Shown piece after piece: positions 11,060-24,208 of a DNA stretch of 38,405 bases. The stretch spans positions 42,098,001 to 42,136,405 of the forward strand of contig NC_083288.1 in the NCBI RefSeq assembly GCF_963506605.1, in the 5' to 3' direction. The notes below the pieces were generated by a model that saw only the letters and a program-made list of their open reading frames with translations, was not told the DNA's origin and searched no databases. How positions within the stretch are numbered: position 1 is the first letter of the stretch; every line of letters starts with the position of its first letter. A program made the translations under genes and the position numbers. This DNA is from Zootoca vivipara (Eukaryota).

Positions 11060-12025
11060 ATGGAGATAAATTTTTAAAAGGAATACAAGCAACATATTCA
11101 GAACAGAAAGCGAAATTAATTGTAAATCAGGTGATAACGAATGAATGTAAAATACAAAAAGGAACTAGGCAAGGATGTCCGTTATCACCACTGTTGTTCA
11201 TTTTGGTTCTGGAAGTACTTGCAAGGAATATAAGATCAGATGAAGAGATAATAGGTAGAAAAACTGGCAAAAATGAATTTAAACTTAAAAAATTTGCTGA
11301 TGATACAGTATTTATGGTAGAAGATCCAAAGAAATCTCTCCCTAAGGTAATAGAAAAAAATCAAATATTTGGGTAGTTAGCAGGATTGAAATTAAACAAA
11401 AATAAAACTAAATTATTAGTAAAAAAGAGAGAGAGGAAAGAATTAGAGGAAAGCATTGAAATAGAAATCCATAAAAAGTCAAATACTTAGGAATTTGGCT
11501 AACAACAAACAATATAAATGTGTATAAAGATGAAGATTATGAAAAAGTGTGGTTAGAGATAAAAAGAAATTTAGAAATATGGAGCAGAATGAACCTTTCC
11601 CTACTAGGAAGAATTGTGGTGATTAAAATGAATGTGCTACCAAAAATGCTCTCTCTTTTCCAGACACTCCCAATAATGGTTAAGGATGATGGCCTCAAAA
11701 GATGGCAAAGAGAAATTTTTAAGTTTGTCTGGGAGGGCAAAAGGCCAAGGATTAAACATAAAATACTTACAGATATGAAAGAAAGAGGAGGCTTCGCCCT
11801 CCCAGACCTTAAATTGTACTATGAGGCTGCATGTCTAGTATGCATCAGGGACTGGATAAAATTGGAAAAGGAGGAAGCTTTAGATCTGGAAGGTCATTAT
11901 AACAGATATGGGTGGCATGCATATCTTTGGTATGGGAAAGGAAAGGTATATAAAGGATTTTTAAAATAATCGCATAATTAGGAGATCATTAATGAGGGTG
12001 TGGGAAAGATATAGAGACCTAATAA
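11060..12025 (+). mobile_element. L1 ORF2 internal fragment (pseudogenised RT region)
   Basis: KGTRQGCPLSPLLF, FADD, NLSLLGRI, ERGGFALPDLKLYY, with stops and frameshifts; no 5' end or 3' tail. Confidence 0.9.
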
Positions 12026-12128
12026 AGCAAGACATTAATCTTTCCTATCAAATCCACTCTGGAGAAATTTGTAAATGGGGGTTAACATCTGATGCTCTGA
12101 AAAAGCCAATTTCTATGTTGAGACTCCA

Positions 12129-12260
12129 AGAATCACAGAAATGTAGAGTTGGAAAATACCCCAGAGGTTTTATAGTCCAATGGCCTGGAAAGCAGGAATC
12201 CTTTGCCCAATGTGGAGCTTGAACCCATGAGCTTGAGATGAAGAGTCCCATCTCTACTGG
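12129..12260 (-). mobile_element. tRNA-Lys(CTT)-derived SINE with CR1-type tail, degenerate
   Basis: The minus strand reads GTAGAG-ATGGGACTCTTCATCTCAAGCTCATGGGTTCAAGCTCCACATTGGGCA (tRNA-Lys-like), then ...TTCCAACTCTACATTTCTGTGATTCT, matching the CR1 tail at 30831-30863. Confidence 0.7.
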
Positions 12261-13002
12261 TGTTGTGAAACCAGAACCTGCTCCTGGGAATCCTAACAGG
12301 GTTAATCAACTTATGAGTGAGGGAATCAACATTTTGCCCCCAAACCACATAATAACCCTGGTGGGCTTCCATTTCTGAATTATCTCTGAGATGGTTATAA
12401 TGTACAACTGAGAGAACTGAAAGTGTTTTCTCCACGTGACAATGGAAATTTACATGGAAATTTACATTTGGTGTGAGCTGCCATGAACACACAAGTAACT
12501 TTGCCACTTCATATTTCCTCCTTGATAAGAGATGATGCTGTGAAGATCTTATGGTGAAGATGGGACATGTTCAGCAAATGTTTGATGAGCAGATAAAAGT
12601 GATTAGATCTAACGATGCTGAATAGAGAATGCAACTAAAGCAGAGCTTAATGAGATAGAAAGCAGAATCAAAGAGGACAGAGAGACTGCACGTTGCATGT
12701 ATATGTCCATAATAGACCTCAGCTTTCTAGATGCCAAGCTTAACCTCCGAATTATTCCTTCTATACAGCTCTTAATGGCACAAAGCCAATGCTTTCTCCC
12801 AATTTCAACCCTAAACCAAAGCCTAGGTTGCCAACTGGTACTCACTTATCTGGGAGTAAGCCCCATAAACCTTAAAACAAATATTTATGAGTAGATATCT
12901 ATATCAATTTACAGCAAGCTAAAATGCTTATTAATGAGTGTGTATACGGTAGGATTATTCTCCCCTTGAAGAACATCCAAATATTCAAGTAGAGACAGGA
13001 AG

Positions 13003-13140
13003 TAGGGATGGGAAGCCTATAGCCCTCCAGATATTGCTTGACTACAGCCCTCATCATTGCTGACCATTTTCCATACTGGCTTGGATTGGAGGTTTTGGAA
13101 TCCATCAACATCTGGAGTGGCACACACACCCCAACCCCTG
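13003..13140. mobile_element. Old palindromic hAT-type MITE
   Basis: AGGGATGGGAAGCC..CCCTCCAGAT...ATCTGGAGTGGC..CCCCTG; paralog of 31049-31189. Confidence 0.65.
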
Positions 13141-13261
13141 CCCTAGTGGAAGTGAATCAGAATACATAATTAAGAAATAAAAATGCTGAAGTTTGCAGAA
13201 GAAGCCAGAGACATCAGCGTTGCTGAATGAAGTTGGACACTGAATTAAAATCTACCAAAAG

Positions 13262-13351
13262 CATAGCTGCCAAGTTATCCCTTTTTTAAAGGGATTTTCC
13301 CTTATGCTGAATAGGCTTCCTCGCGAGAAAAGGGAAAACTTGGCAGCTATG
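13262..13351. mobile_element. 90-bp hAT MITE
   Basis: TIR CATAGCTGCCAAGTT (15 bp perfect, ~24 bp with one mismatch); 8-bp TSD ACCAAAAG; empty paralogous site CTACCAAAAGGCTG at 31301. Confidence 0.92.
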
Positions 13352-14231
13352 ACCAAAAGGCTGAAACATCAGGCTCAGCAATTCTGGGAATCCTGACCAC
13401 CCTCACCTGGGTTTGGATGAAGTGTGGGGTCTGAGAGATTTCAAGAATCCTCTCTCTCCCTAAGGTGCTAGCTCACAGAGGCTGAAGGAATCAAGAGAGA
13501 TTTTTCACAAGGCTCTGTAAAAGGAGCCATACAGAAGGGCAGGGGGCACCAACTCAACCTTTTCAGAATTAGAGGGGCATTTACCCCTAGGCGTGTGGGG
13601 AAACATGCATTCCCAGGCCACTGGGGAAGGAGGCTGAGAGCAAGGGGACACAACTGCCATCCCCCAGAACAGCAATGAGCGGCCATTGCACTCATGTCAC
13701 ATGGCTGGTGTGAATCCAGGTTCACTCAGCCAACTTCCAGGACGCTGGCTACACCATGCTACATTTTGGAGTCTCCATTGACTACAAGGTCTTCTATTAT
13801 GAGCTTCTAAGTTCTCATTTCACCCATGCACCGCTGGTCTAATGGAAGGGAAATTAAAATAACAGTTCTGAATATTTTCTTCAGCATTTTTCTTCTGCAA
13901 TTCCATAGGGAATCCCGATCACTAGATGAATAACTACACGCCTGCTTCGTTATTAACAGGGCTATAATTAATCTGCTATTCCTCAAAAATCCCTGTGTAT
14001 TTTCTCTGGCCACTGGCAACATAACACAAAGGATACTACAACTTATCCTGAATAATTTAAATAGGGTCTGGGATCAGCAAGTCTGATTCTGGATACTCCC
14101 GGATTGTGTCGTCTCAGGAAATTAATCTACAATTTAAAGGAGATGATCTTTATCTTAGATAAACCTATTCTAGTATTGCCAAGAAAAATCATACTTTCTG
14201 CATAAAACAAACAGTTGCCCTTGGATTAAGG

Positions 14232-14449
14232 ATGGTGGTTTTACTGTTCTTGCTGCTGGAACTGATTTCTTACAATGTATGTGAGGCTCACATAGCAAAA
14301 TGCAGGCTCCAAGGTCCACACCGTCCACTTCACACGTATCATCAGCCAGGAGAGTTTCTCATTGGTGGCATTGTTTCCCACGGTGGCTTCATCTCCTCTC
14401 CAGCAACATTGACTGAGGAACCCCCACCAGCGCTGCCTGAAGAGCTTGT
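14232..14449 (+). CDS. V2R gene B exon 1
   Basis: Paralog of 2076-2293; donor GTAAGA at 14450. Confidence 0.88.
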
Positions 14450-17400
14450 GTAAGAACTAAGTCACTCATTCATTACATCAAAGGAATGATCAAACCTAGA
14501 GTTGCAGCTTCAGAATAATGGCTGAGGCTGCAAACGTTTCCCCTTTTAGCTGGGGAAATCCACTTTAGATTTGAATAAAACTTACGCTGGTGCAAGGAAA
14601 AAAAGAGAGGAAGGAATCTCTTGTGAATTAAGAGAATACAGGAGAAATTCCCATGTCTGGATAGAGAAATGAATATAAATGTATTGAAATATATCCATGT
14701 TTGTGTTTCTGGGAGAGCCCTTTGGAACAGCCCATTTTGATAGACTTTATCTAAACTACTAGAAAGTTAGCAAGAATGAATTTTTAAAAACCTGTTGTGA
14801 AGCTGATATGTTCTTATGGCTTCATTTTTTGATTTTAGGCTAAGGTTTGTTTCAGCACTGAAAGGTACTTACTGTATTATAAAATATAGATTTTAGTGAA
14901 TTCCAATGACCATCACTGACTCATGAAAACGGGGTCACTGCAGAGGGAGACCAGAGAGACCAAAGACTTTGTAAGTGTCAGAAAAAGACCTCAGACATAT
15001 ATAAGGAAAGATCTCCCATGAGCCCCACATTTGCAACCCGTGCTCTAGATATTATTTTTCTTAAAAGTTTGGAAAAGTGGAGCAAAAGTAACAACTTGAA
15101 TTTCAATAGGGACAAATGCACAAATCTAAAATGAGGGACACTTGGCTTCCCAGTAGTACACGTGGAAAGGTTCAAGGGGTCTGCATCAGCAGAAGTATAG
15201 TGTCCTGATCAAAGGAAGTAATAGTACTGCTCTATTCTGCCTTGGTCACCTGAAGTATTGGGTCCAGTTCTGATCACCACAATTCAAGAAGGATATTGGC
15301 AAGTTGGAACATGCGCAGAGGAGGGCAACAAAGATGGTCTGGAAACCAAGCCTTATACGGACTGGTTGAGGGAGTTTGCTATGTTTAGCTATGATGAAAC
15401 TGAGGGGAGGTATGATGGCCATTTTCAAATATCTCAAGGGCTGTCACCAGGAAGATGGAACATGCTTGTTTTCTTTTGTTCCAGAGGTTAGGACACACAT
15501 TAGCTTCCTCAAGTTACAAGATAGAAGGTTTCAACTAAATATCAGAGAGAACCTATAGATAAGAGCTATTCAATAGTAGAACAGACTTAGACTTAACCCT
15601 ACTGAACTAAATAGGATTACCTACTGTGTTGGTGTGTAAAAGGATAAATCTTTTGAAGTTCCTGCTGATACCGTTTTCAACTCTCATTCTAGGGTGGTGC
15701 CTAAGGGTTACCAGCACATCGTGGCCTTGGCATTTGCAGTCAAGGAGATCAACGAAGACCCTCACATCTTACCCAATACCACCTTGGGCTTCCACTTATA
15801 TGACAGCTATATCAATGCAAGGAGCACATATCTTGCCACACTGCTGCTTTTATCCATGGTGAAGAAATTTGTCCCTAATTATATATGTGATGTTGAAAAT
15901 AATTTGACTGGGGTCATTGGTGGACTTGATTCTGAAATCTCCTTTTATGTGGCAACCGTTTTGGATATCTTTAAGATTCCGCAGGTAGGACACCTATGTA
16001 CAATACCTCTATTATTTTCCATAGAGAAAGAGGAAGGTTCCTCAGCATCAGTTCAGGGTGAAGATGAAATTGGAAGGAGAACCATGTACACCACCTTGAG
16101 ACCCTTGATAAATAAAGGTGGTACATAATTGTAATATAAGCAAACAGACAGACAGACAGACAAACCTGAAGAAAGGGGAAGGTTGCAATACCTGAACAAA
16201 ATACTGTATGTAACTCTCCCCTGTCTTAGACACACATTTAGATCACTTATATACCAAAGGCCACTGATGGGAGAGTGGGCTTCTCTCTCACCGGCAGTTT
16301 TTGCTTATGCATCAGTTTCTGCTTAATTAGGAGGGTATCTGAATTGAGCTGCTGAGGAAAAGGGGGAATTGCTTACAGGATAAAAGCAGTAAGAATTTAG
16401 GTGCCAGTGGAAGATTTAGTGAGGAGGGCATGTCAAATAACCTGCTGGGGAAGTGGGGGAATTGCTTACAGCTAAAAAAGCTGACAGGCAGGAGCCAGTA
16501 CAATAACTATTCCTTTTTAGCACACCCGACATAATTAAAGACACAGAGAAGTTATGGCAAATTAAAATTCAGTTCTGCAGAAGAACAGTAAGAGTAGTTA
16601 GCAGCTGATTCACAAATGAAATAAATGTTCATAAATAATGTTTGAGAAGAATCAGCTTTGCTGTGTGATGGGGCATGTGCATCATGAAGAAAAAAGACGA
16701 AGCTGCAGAGAAGAACTGTGTATCTGACCCAAGTTGCAATTCTGACAAAGCCAGATAATGTCTAGGTAATCTGCTGTTTGGGGAATGGTATGTTCCCCCA
16801 TTCAGTTTTATCCATTGTACAAGAGTCTGCCAAATTTTGCAATGACATAAAAAATGATTGTTTGTTTTTAAGTGAAGTAGACTCAATGCCCATCTCCAGT
16901 TATCAAAGTCTTAAGAAGATTCAAAAAATAATATAAAACAGACACAGTCCCCTCTCTAGTCAACAAATCAAAGGTTTAAAAACCAGAAATGGTAGATAAT
17001 CCCAGTTCCCACCCATCTGCATGTTTGTCTTTCATAGAACTGAGAGAGAGGCACACAAACCGGAACATTGGCAAAAGGACATATTTGACTAACACAGTTC
17101 AACACATCATAATGTATATGAATACTTTGAAAGAATTCTACTTTGTCTCTTCTCTTCCCCCATTTTCTTTTTAGCTCATTTATGGCTCTGCTCCAGTGAT
17201 GAATGAGAAAAGCCCAGGGCTTCCCTTCTACCAGTTGGCAGCCCCAGAAGCCCTTCAGTATGAGGGAATTCTCTCTTTGCTTCTGCATTTCAAGTGGACA
17301 TGGATTGGAGTCATTGCAATGGACAATGACAACGGAGAAAGATTTGTGCAAACTATTTCCCCAATATTTACCAAGAGTGGTGTCTGCTTTGCATTCCTAG

Positions 17401-20400
17401 AAAGAATACCCAATTTAAGTTTTATTTCTGAAATTAATGGCATTCTACAACAGGGGGAAAGTATAAACCATCAAATTTTTAGCAGCACAGCTAATGCAGT
17501 AGTTGCCTATGGAGAATCTTATTCCATGGCAACTTTTAGATGGCTTCCATACCTATCAGAACTTGATGCCATGACATACAATATAAAAAGTAAAGTATGG
17601 ATAACAACAGCCCATGTTGAGTTCACTTCATTTGTCATTCAAAAGAACTGGGATTCAGGAATATTCAATGGTGCTATATCCTTTGAAATTCACTTCAGAA
17701 ACCCACCAGGATTTCATCAGTATGTTCTGCACAGAAACCCTTCCAGCACAGATGGGGATGGTTTTATCAAGGACTTCTGGCAACAGGCCTTTGGATGTGT
17801 ATTCCCATATATGACTTCAGAAAAGGTGGAGGGGAATATTTGCACCGGAGAAGAGAAGCTGGAGAGCCTTCCTGGATCATTTTTTGAAATGAGCATGACA
17901 GGCCACAGTTACAGCATCCATAATGCTGTCTACGCCATGGCCCATGCTTTACATGCCATGTTCACATCCAGACTCAGACACAGAGGAATGGTGTACGGAG
18001 GGAGAGGGAAGAATCTGGATCAACAGTTTTGGCAGGTAATAGGCTGAACATCCTCAAATGGAAGAAACCTGTTATTCTCTCGAAAAGTATGGATTTAGAA
18101 AATGTTGTCAGCTTGCTCATTCATCTCAGAAACGAAAAAGCACTTCTATGAGAGAACTTTGGATGCCACTGAGATGCCACTGCATTAAGAGATAAGAAGC
18201 AGTGGTAATGGTCAAGAGAGATGTTCAGCATTCTCTCTATCCCATATACACCAAATGCTCCCTCAGAGCCTGTGGTCTCCTGTTGTGTCTCCTGGGACAC
18301 AGGGAGAGAGGAAAAGAAGTAGGGGGCAGGGGATAGAAAGAAAGGTTGTAAAAGGGGGGAAAGGGAGAAAGAGATGTGGAAGAGAGAAAACTGGTGGTCT
18401 CTCCATCCTTGGACCTGACTCCACTAACAGCTGACTTAATCACCACCCACCACTTGCTCTAAGTCCTGCCCACAGGAAAAAGATACCTCAGTCCTGTATT
18501 CGAACTGCAGTCTTTTCCAAACAAATGCCATTTCTGTTTTCAATCTAGCTCCATCACTTTCTGAGAAATATATCATTTAACAATACAGCCGGAGATGTGG
18601 TCTTCATCAATCAGAATGGAGAGGCAGCCTCTAGCTTGGATATTGTCAATTGGATTATATTCCCCAACCAAAGTTTGCACAGAGTGAGCATTGGGAGGAT
18701 AGATCCACAGTCTCCTCCAGATCAATTATTCATCATTGATGAAGATGCCATAACATGGCACAGTTGGTTTAATCAGGTAGGACCGCATTATTAGATAATT
18801 CCAAAGAGATTCAATCTTGCAAATGGTGATCATTCACCTGCATGTCTATTTACTGTCTTTTAAAGTGCAAGTTACTGTGTAGAACATGACCAATGCATCC
18901 AAGTACCAGATTAGGAGCCAAAAGCTTACAGCAAAAAAATGACTCAAGAAGTAAAGGCAAATATTTTATTTCATTATATTTATTAATATTTTATTACAAA
19001 TTACATTTACAAAAAACTGATTTTTAATCGAGCTAAAGAGGATGCATAGGTAAGCCCCAGGATTTCGTCTTTCTTCCAAGTAAAGTGGAGAAATCAGGTG
19101 GTTGAGGAAAGGAGGTATATTAATACCAGAGGAAGAAAGTGAGAACAGACAGCAGCAGGGGCAGGAGACCACTATTCTTCTAAGGCCACAAGTGGAAGAG
19201 GTGGAAGCAAGAGAAGTGGTGAAGATTGAGAAAGTGAAGAAGAGAGCTGAGAGGAAAGGTGTGAAGAGCAAGTGAATTAGTATTAGGAGTGGATACACAC
19301 ATCTTTAAAAAAGAGTTATCTCAAAAGATGTATTCAAAAGTATGTATTTTCTTAACGTGCTGAGATTTGTGTTGCAGCATTCCAAGGGGTATCATAGGTC
19401 TTCGATAGCTTCATTTCAATTTATGTATTTGTCCAGAATTTATGTTACTCCAAAATTACTACTACTGAAAAAATATAGCTTTTTCACAAATTGCTGGCTC
19501 AGCTTAGTAACATAGAGAAGGGCCCAAGAACATGAAGATTTCCATACTCATTATTCTCCTGATGACCCTTCTGCTATTTCATTTATGGAATAGACTCAGC
19601 CTCTTTCTGTATGTACTGAGAGATGTCTTCCAGGATCCAGCAAGAAAGTGAAGGAGGGACAGCCACCTTGCTGCTACGATTGCATCCCATGTGCAGAGGG
19701 GAAGATTGCAAACCAGGATGGTAGGATAAATTAATAGATTAAATAGCTCCAGTCTCAGCACTAATAATTGAAAGGTGTTGTAAGGACAGCTGAGTACATG
19801 TCAAAATAGATAATCTACTGTGTGTGATCCTGCCTCTTTGTGATCATTGCCTTCAGATAGTCTAAATATGCTAATCAAATGAGAGTGACTATGCATTGAG
19901 AGTAGGGGACCCAGGTGGCACTGTGGGTTAAACCACCATGCCTAGGGCTTGCTGATCAGAAGGTCAGAGGTTCGTATCCCGGTGACGGGGTGAGCTCCCG
20001 TTGCTCGGTCCCAGCTCCTGCCAACCTAGCAGTTCGAAAGCACGTCAAAATGCAAGTAGATAAATAGGAACCGCTACAGCGGGAAGGTGAACGGTGTTTC
20101 CATGTGCTGCTCTGGTTCACCAGAAGTGGCTTTGTCATGCTGGCCTGGAAGCTGTATGCCGGCTCCCTCAGCCAATAATGCGAGATGAGCGTGCAACCAC
20201 AGAGTCGGTCTCGACTGGACCTAATGGTCAGGGGTCCCTTTACCTTTTTATGCATTGAGAGTAACTGGACGGTATGTGGTTCAAATCATAACTAGATGGG
20301 GCCTTGCCACCCCTTGTGACTTACACAGGCTACACCCAGGCTAGTGTGAATAAACATTCAGATGTCAATGGCCCTGGCTGTGGCACTTACAGGGCCACAT

Positions 20401-21460
20401 ATCTCTGAACCAATTAAATTCAGTAATACCACATTGCAGGGGCCCAGACAGTACTAGATATGTGTTTTGATTTAAAGAGAGCTCTTTTCTTCTCAGACAG
20501 AAAGTAAACAGTTCAGCAAGTTGACATGATATGAGCTAATTTCTTTATTTCTCCCCAGATATGAATGACTGTTATCAATGTCCGGACAAAGACTATCCAA
20601 GCAAGAATCAGGATGCATGTCTGCCCAAGGATATCAGCTTCTTGTCTTATGAAGAACCATTGGGCATCAGTTTAGCCTGTTTCTCTCTTTCCCTTTCCCT
20701 GATCACAGCTCTGGTACTTGGTACATTTATGAAACACCACAACACACCCATTGTCATTGCAAACAACCGAAACCTCACCTACACTCTCCTCATCTCTCTC
20801 CTGCTCTGCTTCCTTTGTGCATTGCTGTTTATTGGCCGACCAGAGAAGGTGACCTGCCTCCTCCGACAAACAGCTTTTGGCATAATCTTCTCAACCACTG
20901 TTTCTTGTGTCCTGGCAAAAACTTTAACTGTGGTTTTGGCCTTCATGGCTACAAAACCAGAATCCAGGATGAGGAAATGGGTGGGGAAAGGACTAGGCCA
21001 CTCTATTCTCATTTCCTGCTCCATGGTTCAAGCAGGGATATGTACTGTGTGGCTGGCAACCTCTCCCCCATACCCAGATGTGGACATGAACTCAATGACA
21101 GAAGTAATTATACTAGAATGTAATGAGGGGTCTGTGACAATGTTTTATTGTGTCCTCATCTACATAAGCTGCCTGGCCACTGTATGTTTTGCTGTGGCTT
21201 TCCTCGCCAAGAAGCTACCAGACAGTTTCAACGAAGCCAAGTTCATCACCTTCAGCATGTTGGTCTTCTGCAGTGTCTGGTTGTCTTTTATTCCTTCCTA
21301 CCTGAGCACCAAGGGAAAATATATGGTCGCTGTGGAGATCTTCTCCATCTTAGCCTCCAGTGGTGGGTTGCTGGGCTGCATCTTTGCCCCCAAATGTTAT
21401 ATAATCCTTCTGAGGCCTGAGCTGAACAATCGGGAACAGCTAATAAGGAGGAAAAATTAA
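14232..21460 (+). CDS. V2R gene B, complete, 6 exons, 875 aa
   Basis: join(14232..14449,15693..15984,17175..18035,18549..18776,19594..19720,20559..21460). Exon sizes identical to gene A, no internal stops. The exon-6 ORF differs from gene A at about 24 of 299 aa (manual count). Confidence 0.95.
15066..15588 (+). mobile_element. Old CR1 3' fragment in intron 1 of gene B
   Basis: Paralog of 2875-3380; [16 protein letters not shown]...[13 protein letters not shown]. Confidence 0.85.
15693..15984 (+). CDS. V2R gene B exon 2
   Basis: [20 protein letters not shown]...FKIPQ; AG/GT bounded. Confidence 0.93.
17175..18035 (+). CDS. V2R gene B exon 3
   Basis: 861 nt; AG/GT bounded; open frame. Confidence 0.93.
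18549..18776 (+). CDS. V2R gene B exon 4
   Basis: [16 protein letters not shown]...WFNQ. Confidence 0.92.
19594..19720 (+). CDS. V2R gene B exon 5
   Basis: [14 protein letters not shown]...[17 protein letters not shown]. Confidence 0.92.
19905..20248 (+). mobile_element. Sauria SINE (lacertid POM/Squam1-like), full length
   Basis: GGGACCCAGGTGGCACTGTGGGTTAAACC head, B-box GGTTCGTATCCC, CCCTTTACCTTT tail; 15-bp TSD TATGCATTGAGAGTA (19890-19904, 20249-20263); empty site in gene C at ~38381. Confidence 0.92.
20559..21460 (+). CDS. V2R gene B exon 6 (7TM domain)
   Basis: ctccccAG acceptor; intact 7TM ORF to TAA. Confidence 0.95.
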
Positions 21461-21661
21461 AGAAATAATAAACCTGTCCTTTGCTGTATTTTCGTTTTTT
21501 CTCTGTATGATGGCATATTTGGAAATACATGTTCAGTTGCTGCCTCATATAAATCTTTCTACGCTCCAAATTTCCATAATTGAAAATTTATTTGTAAAAT
21601 TGACTTATTTCCTTTGAAGAAAACCATCATACCTCTACACATACATTATTCTCTTGTAGCA

Positions 21662-22632
21662 TGGAGATAAATTTTAAAAAGGAATGCAAGCAACATATTC
21701 AGAACAGAAAGCGAAATTAATTGTAAATCAGGTGATAACGAATGAATGTAAAATACAAAAAGGAACTAGGCAAGTATGTCCGTTATCACCTCTGTTGTTC
21801 ATTTTGGTTCTGGAAGTACTTGAAAGGAATATAATATCAGATGAAGAGATAATAGGAAGAAAAACTGGCAAAAAATGAATTTAAACTTAAAGCATTTGCT
21901 GATAATTCAGTAATTACAGTAGAAGATCCAAAGAAATCTCTCCCTAAGGTAATAGGAAAAATGCAAAATTTTGGGGAGGTAGCAGGATTTAAATTAAACA
22001 AAAATAAAACTAAATTATTAGTAAAAAATTTAAAAGAAGAAGAGAAAAAAAGAATTAGAGGAAATCATTGAAATAGAAATCCATAATAAGTCAAATATTT
22101 AGGAATTTGGCTAACAACAAACAATATAAATGTATATAAAGATAATTATGAAAAAGTGTGGTTAGAGATAAAAAGAAATTTAGAACTATGGAGCAGAATG
22201 AACCTTTCCCTACTAGGAAGAATTGCGGTGATTAAAATGAATGTGCTACCAAAAATGCTCTCTTTGTTCCAGACACTCCCAATAATGGTTAAAGATGATG
22301 GCCTCAAAAGATAGCAAAGAGAAATTTCTAAGTTTGTCTGGGAGGGCAAAAGGCCAAGGATTAAACATAAAAATACTTACAGATATAAAAGAAAGAGGAG
22401 GCTTTGCCCTCCCAGACCTTAAATTGTACTATGAGGCTGCATGTCTAGTATGCATCAGGGACTGGATAAAACTGGAAAAGGAGGAGGCTTCAGATCTGAT
22501 AGGTCATTATAATAGATATGGGTGGCACACATATCTTTGGTATGGGAATGGAAAGGTATATAAAGGATTTTATAATGACATAATTAGCAGATCATTAATG
22601 AGGGTGTGGGAAAGATATAGAGACCTAATAGA
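21662..22632 (+). mobile_element. L1 ORF2 internal fragment, paralog of 11060-12025
   Basis: Same boundaries and position after the V2R stop codon; additional independent stops and frameshifts. Confidence 0.9.
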
Positions 22633-22735
22633 GCAAGACATAAATCTTTCCTATCAAATACACTCTGGAGAAATTTGTAAACAGGGAGTTAACATCTGAT
22701 GCTCTGAAAAAGCCAATTTCTATGTTGGGACTCCA

Positions 22736-22866
22736 AGAATCACAGAACTGTAGAGTTGGAAAATACCCCAGAGGTTTTATAGTCTAATGGCCTGGAAAGC
22801 AGGAATCCTTTGCCCAATGTGGAGCTTGAACCCATGACCTTGAGATGAAGTGTCCCATCTCTAGTG
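22736..22866 (-). mobile_element. tRNA-Lys-derived SINE, paralog of 12129-12260
   Basis: Near-identical sequence in the duplicated spacer. Confidence 0.68.
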
Positions 22867-24208
22867 ATGTTGTGAAACCAGAACCTGCTCCTGGGAATCC
22901 GAACAGGGTTAATCAACTTATGAGTGACAGAATCAACATTTTGCCCCCAAACCACATAATAACCCTGGTGGGCTTCCATTTCTGAATTATCTCTGAGATG
23001 GTTATAATGTACAACTGGAAGAACTGAAAGTGTTTTCTCCAAGTGACAATGGAAATTTACATTTGGTGTGAGCTACCAAAATACACAAGTATCTTTGCCA
23101 CTTCATATATTCTCCTTGGGAATGGAATGTGTGTAATTTGATAAGAGATGATACTGTGAAGATCTTATGGTGACATGTAATGAGACTGAATTCTTAATCA
23201 GGTCAGAAACATCCAGTATGGCAAGTATGACTTCCGGTAATGGTGCGCTAGGGAACGGATCGCGGAGAGAAGAGCTCCGGCAATCTTGGAGCTCTAAAAG
23301 CAGACAAAGTACGTTTTGGAGGGTGTTGGCGCCTAAAAACCCCTCTAAAAGAAAGGTGAGGGTACGGGTCCCTCACTGAAGTTGAGAAAAGCGGCGTGAC
23401 TTTGGCAGAACTCAGCGGCGGCACCTTCTAATGGTGAAAGTCGCGGAGAGGAGCCGAACGCCAAAAGCTACATAGTGTCTGCTGCAGCGGCGCCCGAGAA
23501 ACTCCGCTCCCAGCAAGCATCAGAGCTCTTCGACAAGAAACATCGTAACGATACACCGACCGTGAGTGTTACAAATCTGATATAAAGACTTTAAATTTAA
23601 GACCGCGGGCGGGAGGTTAAGTCGAAGGAGTCACAAAACGCATCACTGTTTAATTGCGAAAGATCCCTCTGACAGAACAAGAGCTGTTTGCTGAATAACG
23701 GGTCACTTTTTAACACGCCGGGGGAAGCCAGAGAGACTGAAAGAGACGGAAAAACCGGGCACAAGAGTAAATATAGAATTTAATTGAACAATTGATCATT
23801 ATCCCTCATTACAAGATGGAGATCAGGAGGTTTGAAAAGCCATTTTGAAAGGTTCTTTTCTGGCACGAAGGACAAGGAGAAGGAGGAGGAGGGGAAAACA
23901 GGGAGGAGGAGGAGGCGACGAGGAGAGAAAGGAGATCAAAGACACAGCAGCTGCAGCTGCCGTATCTACGTGACAAAGGGAAGAAAGCTGCAAGCTGGTA
24001 ATCTGCCAAGACATCCAAACTTAACAGACTTTTAAAGCCTACAAAAGCAACCCCCCTCCTTTTCTACTTCTTTTTTTTTTCTTGACATGACTGTTATAAG
24101 GAAAGAGTGATGAAAGACTGAACACACAGAAGGATACTCCCAGAAAGGGAAAGGAAAGGGGAAAATTAGGACCCTGAGTATCTATCCTCAAAAAACAGAG
24201 AAAATAAA

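Noticed and set aside
12200-12260. Possible tRNA-Lys gene
   Set aside because: The 5' acceptor and D-arm parts are missing, there are many substitutions, and it is fused to a CR1 tail, so it is SINE-derived.
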